Below, piece by piece: positions 1 through 8,858 of a stretch of DNA of 64,000 nucleotides. Location: assembly GCA_023267215.1 (NCBI GenBank), contig JAHFNS010000001.1, positions 98,736 to 162,735 of the forward strand, in the 5' to 3' direction. Every line of letters starts with the position of its first letter. The first letter of the stretch is position 1. Origin of the DNA: Candidatus Nomurabacteria bacterium (GTDB lineage: Bacteria > Patescibacteriota > Minisyncoccia > Phycocordibacterales > UBA9973). A model generated the notes under the pieces. It was not told where the DNA came from. It worked only from the letters and a program-made list of their open reading frames with translations, and did no database searches. Both the position numbers and the translations under genes were made by a program.

Positions 1-518
1 AAATTTTTGAGCTTTTAGAAGAGGGGAAGAATCTAGCATTAGTTTCAGATGCTGGTACTCCGACTATCTCTGACCCTGGAGCAATGCTTATTTCTAAAAT
101 AAAAGAAAAGTTTTCCCAGAAGACGGTCTTCGGGGAAGAACCCCGAAGACCGTCTTCTGGGGTAGAAGTTATTCCAATTCCTGGAGCTTCTGCAGTTATT
201 GCTGCACTTTCTGCTTCTGGACTTCCAACGCATGAATTCACATTTCTAGGATTTCTTCCACACAAAAAAGGAAGAGAAACTTTATTTAAAGAAATTGCTG
301 AATCAAAACGCACAATGGTTTTCTATGAATCCCCACATCGCATTTTAAAAACATTAGAATCCTTAAATAAATTTTGTCCAAATAAAAAAGTTTGTATTGC
401 TCGCGAAATCACTAAGATTTATGAAGAGTTTAAAACAGGTACACCACAAGAACTTTTAGAATATTTAAAAAAAAATCCCGTAAAACAAAAAGGGGAGTTT
501 ACAGTATTAGTTTCTTAA
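1..518 (+). CDS. rsmI: 16S rRNA 2'-O-methyltransferase RsmI, C-terminal part (5' end lies outside window)
   Basis: Frame 3 is open from the window edge. Translation gives LEEGKNLALVSDAGTPTISDPG ... VIPIPGASAV ... FYESPHR, typical RsmI motifs. Track ORF 84..518 is the internal-Met tail. Carries an in-frame 48-bp palindrome at 115..162. Confidence 0.85.
   Translation, partial: IFELLEEGKNLALVSDAGTPTISDPGAMLISKIKEKFSQKTVFGEEPRRPSSGVEVIPIPGASAVIAALSASGLPTHEFTFLGFLPHKKGRETLFKEIAESKRTMVFYESPHRILKTLESLNKFCPNKKVCIAREITKIYEEFKTGTPQELLEYLKKNPVKQKGEFTVLVS
115..162. repeat. family A GC-rich palindromic element, copy 1 (in rsmI, in-frame)
   Basis: cccagaagacggtcttcgggg-aagaa-ccccgaagaccgtcttctggg. Perfect 21-bp inverted arms. 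Confidence 0.8.
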
Positions 519-519
519 T

Positions 520-2484
520 TTACAACAAATCTTCTGGATCTACAGAGACTTCGTAGGAAAAAGGTAAAGACGAAAGTAAATCAAAAAGACGTTGGTCTAT
601 GGTTGAACCTATAGACAGGAGAGATAAAGACCACTTTTTTGGTTCTAATTTAATAAGTGCATTGGTGACATATTGGTTTTTGTTTTTAGCCATAAATCCG
701 CCGAATATGTCTGGAGCGTATTCTTTGAAAAGCTCTGCCAGCAATCTCTTTGCTTCTATAGAGCCCTCTTTATCTCCTAAATAAGTAATTTTAATAAAGC
801 GTTTATATGGAGGATAATTTAAATTTTTTCTATCTTCTAATTCTTCACGCACAAAAGGAAGCAAGTTTTCTCCCTTGACGGCAAGCAAGGCGGAATCATT
901 TTTATTTTTTGTATGAATGATTAGTTTTCTTTCAGTTAACGAAAGCATAGAGAGCAGAAGCTGAATTATTTTCTCACTCATTTTGTAATTTGGAATTGTC
1001 CAAAGCCCGTCAAAGGAAGCGATGACAGACAAATCAACTTTATTTTTTAAATAATAAAAAGCCATTTCTGTGCCGACCAATATAGAGCCGGGAGTTTCCT
1101 CAAATTCTTTTATTATTTTATTTGCCCCACTAGCCGTTTTTGCTATCTCTTTATCCAATTTAAATATTTTAACTTTTGGAAATTTTTCTTTTAACTCTTC
1201 ATATACAGTGTCTGTGCCTATACCGAGCGGCATCAAATTCCAGCTTTCACAAATAGGGCATTTAGTTTCAGGGTCTTTTTCAGTATTGCATTTATTACAG
1301 ACAAACATTCTTTTTTTACCATCACGAGACAAATACAATACCAGAGGAGCCATACATTCGTCGCAATTTATAGTTTCATTGCAATCTTTACATATAGTAT
1401 AAGTGGCTAGGCCCTTCCTTAAAGAAAATACAAAAACATTTTTTTTAGATTTTATAGTGTTTTCTATATCCTCAATGCTCTTATCTGCAAATATTTTAAA
1501 TTGAGAATTTATTTTTTCGTTTTGCGAAGAGGGCTCATCTTCTTGATTTGGATTTATTATATTTATAGATACTCTATTAAAATTGGTTCTAAAAGACATA
1601 GGGTAAACTTCGCCTAGATTTTCTGTTTCTTTTCTTGCAATTGTTTCAAAACGGAGCAATGTGTCAGCCAATATAAATTTCACATTAATTTTTGCTGCAT
1701 AAAGTTCGGCAAAAGTTCTCATATCAAAATGTGGTTTTGGAATCATTTTATAAACATTGGAACTTTCATGTTCCACTATAATAGCCCCTAAGTCTTCTCT
1801 CGGAACAGATAAGAATTGAGTAGTTCCAAGTATTAGTACTCCGTGTGTAGAATTTATTATTCTCTCATAATTTTCAAGGATTTTTTTAGGTTTTAAACTT
1901 CCATGCATAGTGAAAGTAAAATTTTCTATACCTTTAGAAAGAGCTTGCTCAAATATTTCTATGTCATACTCTGTTGGTAATATTATGAAGACAGATTTTT
2001 TGAGAGCAAAATATCCGCGAATCAAAGTTTTGTAATAAGAAATACGATCTTCTAAAGAAGCTTGCAAAAGTAATTTTTCAGTTTTAATATTTGGATTTAC
2101 AAGACGGTCTTTAAGAAATTCTATATTAGAAAATTTTACTATTTGGTCATATTTTTCCCGAAAGATAGCAGGAACAAAAGAAATTACTCCGCTGTTTTTT
2201 TTGGAAATAAAATAAGAAGAAATAGAAAGCGCAGATTCCAGAAATTCATTTTTGAAAATGGAATACTTTTTTACTTCATTTATTTTCTTTAATTTGAAAG
2301 GCATACCCTTTATGCCAGATTTTGCATTACTCAAATCTTCACAAGATATTACTAAACCTAAGATTTTTTTATTACGGATGGGTACACTGACAATACTTCC
2401 ATTTTCTATATCTTTCGCAGTAAAATAAGTCAAGTCTGTTTTGAATACTCCTTTCTGAAGTGGGATTATTGTTACAATTTTCAT
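520..2484 (-). CDS. priA: primosomal protein N' (PriA)-like with possibly degenerate helicase motifs
   Basis: 654 aa. Has the PriA-type Cys-rich region CKDCNETINCDECMAPL...CNKCN...CPICES, GIGTDTVYEEL, and a C-terminal domain. I find no GxGKT P-loop, and the DEEH position reads VEHE. Confidence 0.75.
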   Translation of the reverse strand: MKIVTIIPLQKGVFKTDLTYFTAKDIENGSIVSVPIRNKKILGLVISCEDLSNAKSGIKGMPFKLKKINEVKKYSIFKNEFLESALSISSYFISKKNSGVISFVPAIFREKYDQIVKFSNIEFLKDRLVNPNIKTEKLLLQASLEDRISYYKTLIRGYFALKKSVFIILPTEYDIEIFEQALSKGIENFTFTMHGSLKPKKILENYERIINSTHGVLILGTTQFLSVPREDLGAIIVEHESSNVYKMIPKPHFDMRTFAELYAAKINVKFILADTLLRFETIARKETENLGEVYPMSFRTNFNRVSINIINPNQEDEPSSQNEKINSQFKIFADKSIEDIENTIKSKKNVFVFSLRKGLATYTICKDCNETINCDECMAPLVLYLSRDGKKRMFVCNKCNTEKDPETKCPICESWNLMPLGIGTDTVYEELKEKFPKVKIFKLDKEIAKTASGANKIIKEFEETPGSILVGTEMAFYYLKNKVDLSVIASFDGLWTIPNYKMSEKIIQLLLSMLSLTERKLIIHTKNKNDSALLAVKGENLLPFVREELEDRKNLNYPPYKRFIKITYLGDKEGSIEAKRLLAELFKEYAPDIFGGFMAKNKNQYVTNALIKLEPKKWSLSLLSIGSTIDQRLFDLLSSLPFSYEVSVDPEDLL

Positions 2485-2521
2485 CTTTTCATTCTATCAT
2501 AAATTGTGTTATATTTACGGG

Positions 2522-3535
2522 ATGAGTATTTTTTCTAGAAAATTAGGCATAGATTTAGGAACAGCCAACACATTGGTCTTTTTGCCAGGCAAAGGTATCG
2601 TTTTAAACGAACCTTCTGTGGTAGCTGTTTCAGAACAAGACAACAAAATCTTGGCTATTGGCTTTGAAGCAAAAGACATGATAGGAAAAACGCCGGATTC
2701 CATCATCACTTATTGTCCAATGAAAGACGGAGTTATTGCAGATTATCGAGTGACAGAAGCAATGCTCAAATATTTTATAAATAAAGCTTTAGGGAAATTT
2801 AATTTATTTAAACCAGATGTGATGGTCTCTGTACCTGCTGGGGTGACTTCCACAGAACGTAGAGCTGTCGTCGAAGCAGCTATTCGCGCAGGAGCAAAAA
2901 ATGCTTATGTGGTGAAAGAGCCTATTTTAGCTGCGATAGGTGCTGGAATCCCTATTTATGAATCAAAAGGGTATATGGTTGTAGATATCGGTGGAGGTAC
3001 GACGGATGTAGCAGTAATATCTTTAGGAGGAATAGTTTCTTCTACTTCTGTAAAATGTGCTGGAAATAAAATAGATCAAGCTATCGCAGATTATATTAAA
3101 AAAACTTTCAACTTGGCGATAGGCGATAGAACAGCAGAAGAAGTTAAAATAAAAATCGGTGCAGCTGTGCCTCTCGAAGAAGAACTTCGAGTGACCATCA
3201 AAGGACGAGATTTTATTCAAGGCTTGCCACGTTCTGCTCAAGTTGGGACTAATGAAATAGTCAAAGCGATAGACGGAGAATTAAAACAAATAATAAAAGC
3301 GATCAAAGATGTATTACAAGAAACTCCACCCGAACTTGCTTCTGATATTATGGACTATGGAATTATTATGACAGGCGGTTCTTCGCAATTACGCAACCTG
3401 ACAGATTTGGTCTATAGAAAAACTGGAGTAAAAGCGACACTTGCTGAGGATGCTCTCTTTTGTGTAGCAAAAGGTACAGGTATAGCTCTGGAACATTTAG
3501 ACGTCTATAAAAAAACAGTTTTAAGTAAAAAATAA
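2522..3535 (+). CDS. mreB: rod-shape determining actin homolog MreB
   Basis: GIDLGTANTLVF N-terminus, DIGGGTTDVAVIS, GIIMTGGSS actin-fold motifs. Start placed at MSIFSRK (track ORF begins 18 nt earlier at 2504). Confidence 0.9.
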   Translation: MSIFSRKLGIDLGTANTLVFLPGKGIVLNEPSVVAVSEQDNKILAIGFEAKDMIGKTPDSIITYCPMKDGVIADYRVTEAMLKYFINKALGKFNLFKPDVMVSVPAGVTSTERRAVVEAAIRAGAKNAYVVKEPILAAIGAGIPIYESKGYMVVDIGGGTTDVAVISLGGIVSSTSVKCAGNKIDQAIADYIKKTFNLAIGDRTAEEVKIKIGAAVPLEEELRVTIKGRDFIQGLPRSAQVGTNEIVKAIDGELKQIIKAIKDVLQETPPELASDIMDYGIIMTGGSSQLRNLTDLVYRKTGVKATLAEDALFCVAKGTGIALEHLDVYKKTVLSKK

Positions 3536-3540
3536 AAATA

Positions 3541-4272
3541 ATGGGAATTTTAGAAAATATAGATAAAAATAATCTGCATCATGCTTATCTAATAGAAGGT
3601 GATAAAGAGGAAATTATACCAGAGCTTTTAAAATTTCTAAAAAATTTAGGAATAGAAACATCTCACAATCCAGATTTTTGTCAGATTACACTCGATTCTT
3701 TTAAAATTGAAGATGCTCGTAATTTAAAATCGATAGGAAACGAAAAAGGTTTTTCTGTAGGTAAAAAAGTATTTTTAATTTCAGCTAATAATTTTTTATT
3801 GGAGGCACAAAATACATTGTTAAAAATATTTGAAGAGCCGATAGAAAATACTCATTTTTTTATAATAGTGCCTAACGCAGATGTTCTTTTAAAAACTCTT
3901 GTTTCTAGATTTTATTTAATCAAAACGAAATCGGAAATGATAGATGAGTTGAAAGAAGCTGAGAAGTTTATAACTATGCCTCTTAAAAACAGGATTGATT
4001 TTATTAAGGAATTGATAACTGAAGAAGAGGAAGAAGACGAAGAAGAAACATTAGAAATAAAAAGCACTAAAGCAAAAGCTTTAAAATTTCTAAATGCGCT
4101 AGAATCTGTGCTTGTGTCAAGGATGCCCTTTGACAAAAAGATGTCAAGGGGCATCCTTGACACTAAAACTTGTTTTGCCCACATTTTCAAAGTTCGTGAA
4201 TTTATAAACCAACCAGGCTCGTCTTTAAAAACCTTAATGGAATCTGTAGCCTTAATGATTCCCAATTTTTAA
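3541..4272 (+). CDS. holB: DNA polymerase III delta' subunit-like (AAA+ clamp loader lacking a canonical P-loop)
   Basis: HHAYLIEGDKEE (delta'-type HAYLF motif), SRF arginine-finger region. 243 aa, short. 4 nt after mreB. Confidence 0.55.
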   Translation: MGILENIDKNNLHHAYLIEGDKEEIIPELLKFLKNLGIETSHNPDFCQITLDSFKIEDARNLKSIGNEKGFSVGKKVFLISANNFLLEAQNTLLKIFEEPIENTHFFIIVPNADVLLKTLVSRFYLIKTKSEMIDELKEAEKFITMPLKNRIDFIKELITEEEEEDEEETLEIKSTKAKALKFLNALESVLVSRMPFDKKMSRGILDTKTCFAHIFKVREFINQPGSSLKTLMESVALMIPNF

Positions 4273-4301
4273 CTTTTATCATTAAATGATACAATATACA
4301 T

Positions 4302-4853
4302 ATGTTATTCAACTTTTCAAATTTTAAAACAGAGCTTAATAAAATAGCTGAATTTTTAAGCAAAGAATACAGTCAATTAAACATTGGCCGAGCTTCTCCT
4401 ATGGTTTTAGATTCTATTTCTGTAGAATTTTATGGAGCAAGTCAGCCTATAAAAAACGTCGCTTCTATTTCTATAGAAGATCCAAAAACACTAAGAATCA
4501 ATCCTTGGGATAAAAATCAGATTAAAGAAATAGAGAAGGCTATCATGGCTTCAAACTTAGGGTTGTCTGTAGCTGTCGATGGTGCAGGAATAAGAGTGAT
4601 ATTTCCTCAACAAACAACAGAGAGTAGACAAAAATTAGTGAAAGTTTTGAAAGATAAATTAGAAGAAAGTAGAATAGTCGTTCGTAAAGAAAGAGAAAAA
4701 GCTTGGGATGATATTCAAAAAATGGAAAAGGAGGGGAATATGACAGAAGATGAAAAATTCAGAGCAAAGGATGAATTGCAAAAAGTTATAGATGAAATAA
4801 ATCAAAAGTTGGAAGGTGTCTTCGAGAAAAAAGAAAAAGAAGTAATCGGATAA
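4302..4853 (+). CDS. frr: ribosome recycling factor
   Basis: 183 aa. RRF-like pattern: N-terminal EFxKExxxL, GRASP, central NLG/VIFP, C-terminal coiled EKxxKDELQK. Confidence 0.85.
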   Translation: MLFNFSNFKTELNKIAEFLSKEYSQLNIGRASPMVLDSISVEFYGASQPIKNVASISIEDPKTLRINPWDKNQIKEIEKAIMASNLGLSVAVDGAGIRVIFPQQTTESRQKLVKVLKDKLEESRIVVRKEREKAWDDIQKMEKEGNMTEDEKFRAKDELQKVIDEINQKLEGVFEKKEKEVIG

Positions 4854-4855
4854 AT

Positions 4856-5944
4856 ATGAACATATTGATTTTTATAATAATTTTATTAGTTTTGGTGCTT
4901 GTTCATGAATTTGGGCATTTTTTTACTGCTAAAAGATTTGGTATTAGAGTAGATGAATTTGGTTTTGGTTTTCCTCCAAAATTATTTGGTATAAAAAAAG
5001 GGGAGACAGAATATAGTATTAATCTTCTACCAATTGGTGGATTTGTGAAAATTTTTGGCGAAGATCCAAACGAAGAAAATACAGTAGGACCAGATGCTGC
5101 TAGGAGTTTTGTAAATAAACCAAAATATAAACAAGCAATAGTTCTTTTCGCTGGAGTCTTTGCGAATTTTTTACTTGCTTGGCTTTTGTTTTCTATTGGT
5201 TTTATATCAGGACTTCCTACTTCTGTTGGTAGTGAGCCGAAAGATTATAAAATGGAGAATGTGCATCTTGTTGTTCTTTCTGTTTTGCCAAATTCTCCAG
5301 CTCTAGCTGCTGGTCTAAAAACCGGAGATAAAATAGTTTATATAAAAAGTGGAGATGCTGTCACAGATCAAATCAGCCCTGAGACTGTCAAATCTTTTGT
5401 TGCTTTAGGTAAACAATTAGACATGGCATATCTTCGTGGCAATGACCCGACTTATAATATGATCCAGGTTATTCCAAAAGATACTAATGGTACTTATGCA
5501 ATAGGTATTTCTATGGATCAGATAGGGACCGTTAAATTGCCCTTTTTTAATGCCTTTTGGGAGGGTTTAAAATTAGACTGGTCTGTTACAGAAGGTACTG
5601 TTGTGGGGCTTTATACGCTCATTGTAGGGGGTATTATGGGTAAAGGAAGCTTTGCGAACGTTACTGGTCCTGTCGGAATGGTGGGTATCGTAGGTAATGC
5701 GTATCAATTTGGTTTTGTATATTTATTCTCTTTCGCTGCTTTAATTTCAGTGAATTTGGCGATAATAAATCTGATTCCATTTCCAGCCCTAGATGGTGGT
5801 CGTCTCTTCTTTTTACTTATTGAAAAAATAAAAGGTTCTCGTATGAATCCTAAATTTGCAAATACTGCAAACATGGTGGGCTTTGCAATTTTAATTATTC
5901 TCATGCTTCTTGTCACTTATCATGATGTAGTTAAATTATTTTGA
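4856..5944 (+). CDS. rseP: RIP metalloprotease RseP (site-2 protease, M50) with PDZ domain
   Basis: HEFGHFFTAKRFG (HExxH) in TM1, PDZ-like LAAGLKTGDKIV, C-terminal LDGG motif (ALDGGRLFF). Confidence 0.85.
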   Translation: MNILIFIIILLVLVLVHEFGHFFTAKRFGIRVDEFGFGFPPKLFGIKKGETEYSINLLPIGGFVKIFGEDPNEENTVGPDAARSFVNKPKYKQAIVLFAGVFANFLLAWLLFSIGFISGLPTSVGSEPKDYKMENVHLVVLSVLPNSPALAAGLKTGDKIVYIKSGDAVTDQISPETVKSFVALGKQLDMAYLRGNDPTYNMIQVIPKDTNGTYAIGISMDQIGTVKLPFFNAFWEGLKLDWSVTEGTVVGLYTLIVGGIMGKGSFANVTGPVGMVGIVGNAYQFGFVYLFSFAALISVNLAIINLIPFPALDGGRLFFLLIEKIKGSRMNPKFANTANMVGFAILIILMLLVTYHDVVKLF

Positions 5945-6003
5945 CCTCACCTAGAGCCCCTCTCCTTAATAAGGAGAGGGTGGCCAAAGGTCGGGTGAAG
6001 TGT
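5945..6003. repeat. family B palindromic element, copy 1 (intergenic rseP / Cys-rich gene)
   Basis: gacctcacc-tagag-cccctctcctt-aat-aaggagaggg-tgg-ccaaaggt-cgggtgaagtg. Core has perfect 10-bp arms around aat. Confidence 0.7.
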
Positions 6004-6007
6004 ATTT

Positions 6008-7726
6008 ATGAAATCAGAAACTAAAACATGTCAGAATTGCAAACAAGACTTCACTATCGAGCCAGAAGATTTTAATTTTTATGAAAAAATAAAAGTTCCA
6101 CCACCGACATTTTGTCCAGAATGTAGAAGACAAAGACGTTTTGTTTGGCGAAATGAACGGGTGTTATATCGTCGTACTTGTGGTTTATGTAATAAAAATG
6201 TTATTGCAATATATCACGAATCTTCACCTTTTCCTGTGTATTGTCGAGAATGTTGGTATGGAGATAAATGGGATCCTACTTCTTATGGTAGAGAGTATGA
6301 TATGTCTAAATCATTTTTTGAACAATATAAAGAATTATCTAATGTTGTTCCAAGATTGGCTATGTGGCAAAGAAATTGTATAGATTCAGATTACTCAAAT
6401 ATGGCTGGAGAATCAAAAAATGTTTATTTATCTGTTTCGGTTGTAAAAAATTCAGAAAATATTTTTTATTCAAAATCCGTAGATAAATCAAAAGACATTG
6501 TAGATTGTTTAAATATTATAAATGGATCTGAAAGTTTATATGAAAATGTCGAAGCACAGAGTAATTATAATTCACAATATCTTTTATTATGTAGAAGTTG
6601 TATGGATTCTTATTATTTGGTTGATTGCGTAAATTGTAGTAACTGTTTTTTGTCTTATAATTTAAGGAATAAACAATTTTGTATAAACAACAAAGAATAT
6701 AAAAAGGAAGATTATTTTAGAGAGGTAGAAAAGTTCAATTTAAAAAGTAGAGCTTCTCGTCAAGTTTTATTAAAAAGATTTGATGAGATAAAAAAGAAAT
6801 CCATTTATCGTTTTGGAAATATTAATAGGTGTGTGAATGTTACAGGCAACAATCTTTTAAATGTTAAAAATGGTAAAAGTTGTTTTGAAATTTATAACAT
6901 AGAAAATGTAAAATATTGCTATAGAGCTTTTGATATTAAAGATTCTATGGATTTTGACTATGGCGGATGGTCAGAATTACTTTATGAATATACGACAGGT
7001 GCGTTACATGATTACAATGTTAAGTTTAGTTATTCCGCAATGGATTCTGTGAGAAATGCTGATTATACAGAATCTTGTAGAAATTGTTCTAATATTTTTG
7101 GTTGTATTTCTCTCGTAAACACAGAAAATACAATATTAAATAAGGTTTATCCCGAAGAGGAATACAAAAAACTTCGTGAAGAAATTATCAAACAAATGAA
7201 TGAAGTACCATATATTGATAAAGTAGGTAGGGTTTATAAATATGGCGAATTTTTCCCAATAGAGTTATCACCCTGGGATTATAATGAGACTTTGGCCCAA
7301 GAATTTTTTCCTATTACAGAAGATACTGCGAAAGAAAAAGGATATCCATGGCGTCATTCAAACATAAAAAAATTTGAAATTACAATTACTTCAGAAAAAA
7401 TTTCTGATAATATAGATGACGTCAATGAAAATATTTTAAAAGAAGTTTTAGGATGTGCCCATAAGGGGAATTGTAGTCATCAATGTAATGTTGCTTTTCG
7501 TATAACGGACTATGAATTTAAATTCTATAAAAAACATAACATACCGTTACCTATTTTGTGTTCAAATTGTAGACATTATGAGAGATTCAAAGTTATGCCA
7601 GCATTAGATTTGTGGCATAGAAAATGTATGAAAGAGGGTTGTGATAATGAATTTGAGACAGCTTATGCTCCCGACAGGCCGGAGATTGTTTATTGTGAGA
7701 GATGTTATCAACAGGAAGTGTATTAA
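6008..7726 (+). CDS. large Cys-rich (multi zinc-ribbon) protein of unknown function with duplicated N/C-terminal module
   Basis: 572 aa with many CxxC pairs. N-terminal CQNCKQDFTIEPEDFNFYEKIKVPPPTFCPECRRQRRF recurs C-terminally as CNVAFRITDYEFKFYKKHNIPLPILCSNCRHYERF. Sits between rseP and mraY. Confidence 0.7.
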   Translation: MKSETKTCQNCKQDFTIEPEDFNFYEKIKVPPPTFCPECRRQRRFVWRNERVLYRRTCGLCNKNVIAIYHESSPFPVYCRECWYGDKWDPTSYGREYDMSKSFFEQYKELSNVVPRLAMWQRNCIDSDYSNMAGESKNVYLSVSVVKNSENIFYSKSVDKSKDIVDCLNIINGSESLYENVEAQSNYNSQYLLLCRSCMDSYYLVDCVNCSNCFLSYNLRNKQFCINNKEYKKEDYFREVEKFNLKSRASRQVLLKRFDEIKKKSIYRFGNINRCVNVTGNNLLNVKNGKSCFEIYNIENVKYCYRAFDIKDSMDFDYGGWSELLYEYTTGALHDYNVKFSYSAMDSVRNADYTESCRNCSNIFGCISLVNTENTILNKVYPEEEYKKLREEIIKQMNEVPYIDKVGRVYKYGEFFPIELSPWDYNETLAQEFFPITEDTAKEKGYPWRHSNIKKFEITITSEKISDNIDDVNENILKEVLGCAHKGNCSHQCNVAFRITDYEFKFYKKHNIPLPILCSNCRHYERFKVMPALDLWHRKCMKEGCDNEFETAYAPDRPEIVYCERCYQQEVY

Positions 7727-7729
7727 ATT

Positions 7730-7770
7730 CCCCTAAGCTGGGCTTAGGGGACAGAAGCCCAGCTTAGGGG
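7730..7770. repeat. family C GC-rich nested palindrome (intergenic Cys-rich gene / mraY)
   Basis: cccctaagc-tgg-gcttagggg-acag-aagcccagcttagggg. The left 21-mer is itself palindromic, and its reverse complement recurs 3'. Confidence 0.65.
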
Positions 7771-7798
7771 AAGTCTAAAAATATGTTAATATAACTAT

Positions 7799-8854
7799 AT
7801 GCTTTTGAATTTGATTAAAATTTTTTTACCAATGATGACAGCTTTGCTAATAGGGCTTTTCATTACGCCATTTGCCACTCATTTTTTTTATAAATACAAA
7901 ATGTGGAGAAAATATTCTCGTGGTGATACGGTTGGTACTTTAGATTTTAAAAAAATTCATAATAGCGAAGAAGAACTTAAAACACCTAGAGTTGGTGGAA
8001 TAATTATTTGGGTTTCAATCCTTTTTTCTGTTTTGATTTTTTATTTTATTTCAATTTTTTTCCCATCAGATAATACTGAAAAAATTAATTTTTTAAGCAG
8101 AAATCAAACTCTAATTCCTCTTTTAGTTTTAATTTTTGGTTCTTTATTAGGTTTAACGGATGATTTGATTCAAATTTATGGAAAAGGAAAAATTGCTCAT
8201 GATGATAAATCTTGGCGAAAATGGAAAGCGTTTTTAGTATTTCTTATTTCTTTTTTGATTGGACTTTGGTTTTATTATAAATTAGGAATGGTCTCAATTC
8301 ATATTCCTTTTAATGGGGATTTGTATTTGGGGATTTTAATTATTCCATTTTTCATAATTGTTTCTTTGGCCACTTTTTCTGGAGGAATTATTGATGGTTT
8401 AGATGGACTCTCAGGAGGAGTACTTGCCTCGATTTTTTCAGCTTATTCTGTGATAGCATTTATGAATAATCAAATCGATATTGCTGCATTTTCAGCTGTA
8501 GTAACGGGAGCAATTTTGGCATTTCTTTGGTTTAATATTCCACCGGCTAGGTTTTATATGGGCGAAACAGGAATTATAGGTCTCACTATTACTTTGGCCA
8601 CCTTGGCTTTTTTAACTGATACCGTTTTGATTTTACCTATTGTGGCAATGCCTTTAGTTGTGACTTCTTTATCTGTTATTATTCAAATGATTTCTAAAAA
8701 AATGAGGAATGGTAAAAAAGTTTTTAAAATATCCCCACTGCATCATCATTTTGAAGCTTTAGGTTGGTCTCCTTATAAAGTGGTTATGCGTTATTGGATT
8801 TTTTCAATCTCTTTTTCAATTATAGGAATAATTTTAACTGTGATAAGTAGATAA
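7799..8854 (+). CDS. mraY: phospho-N-acetylmuramoyl-pentapeptide transferase MraY
   Basis: Polytopic membrane protein. DDxxD-type (TDDLIQ), ISPLHHHFEALGW (MraY HHH signature). Confidence 0.85.
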   Translation: MLLNLIKIFLPMMTALLIGLFITPFATHFFYKYKMWRKYSRGDTVGTLDFKKIHNSEEELKTPRVGGIIIWVSILFSVLIFYFISIFFPSDNTEKINFLSRNQTLIPLLVLIFGSLLGLTDDLIQIYGKGKIAHDDKSWRKWKAFLVFLISFLIGLWFYYKLGMVSIHIPFNGDLYLGILIIPFFIIVSLATFSGGIIDGLDGLSGGVLASIFSAYSVIAFMNNQIDIAAFSAVVTGAILAFLWFNIPPARFYMGETGIIGLTITLATLAFLTDTVLILPIVAMPLVVTSLSVIIQMISKKMRNGKKVFKISPLHHHFEALGWSPYKVVMRYWIFSISFSIIGIILTVISR

Positions 8855-8858
8855 AATC

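Noticed and set aside
45-233. Minus-strand 62-aa ORF overlapping rsmI
   Set aside because: It is antisense to a well-supported RsmI frame, and its composition is driven by the palindromic element. It has no motif.
599-1402. Plus-strand ORFs 599..784 and 1070..1402 inside priA
   Set aside because: They are antisense to the long PriA-like frame and have low-complexity composition.
6141-6383. 80-aa ORF in an alternative frame inside the Cys-rich gene
   Set aside because: It is nested in a longer, motif-rich frame on the same strand.
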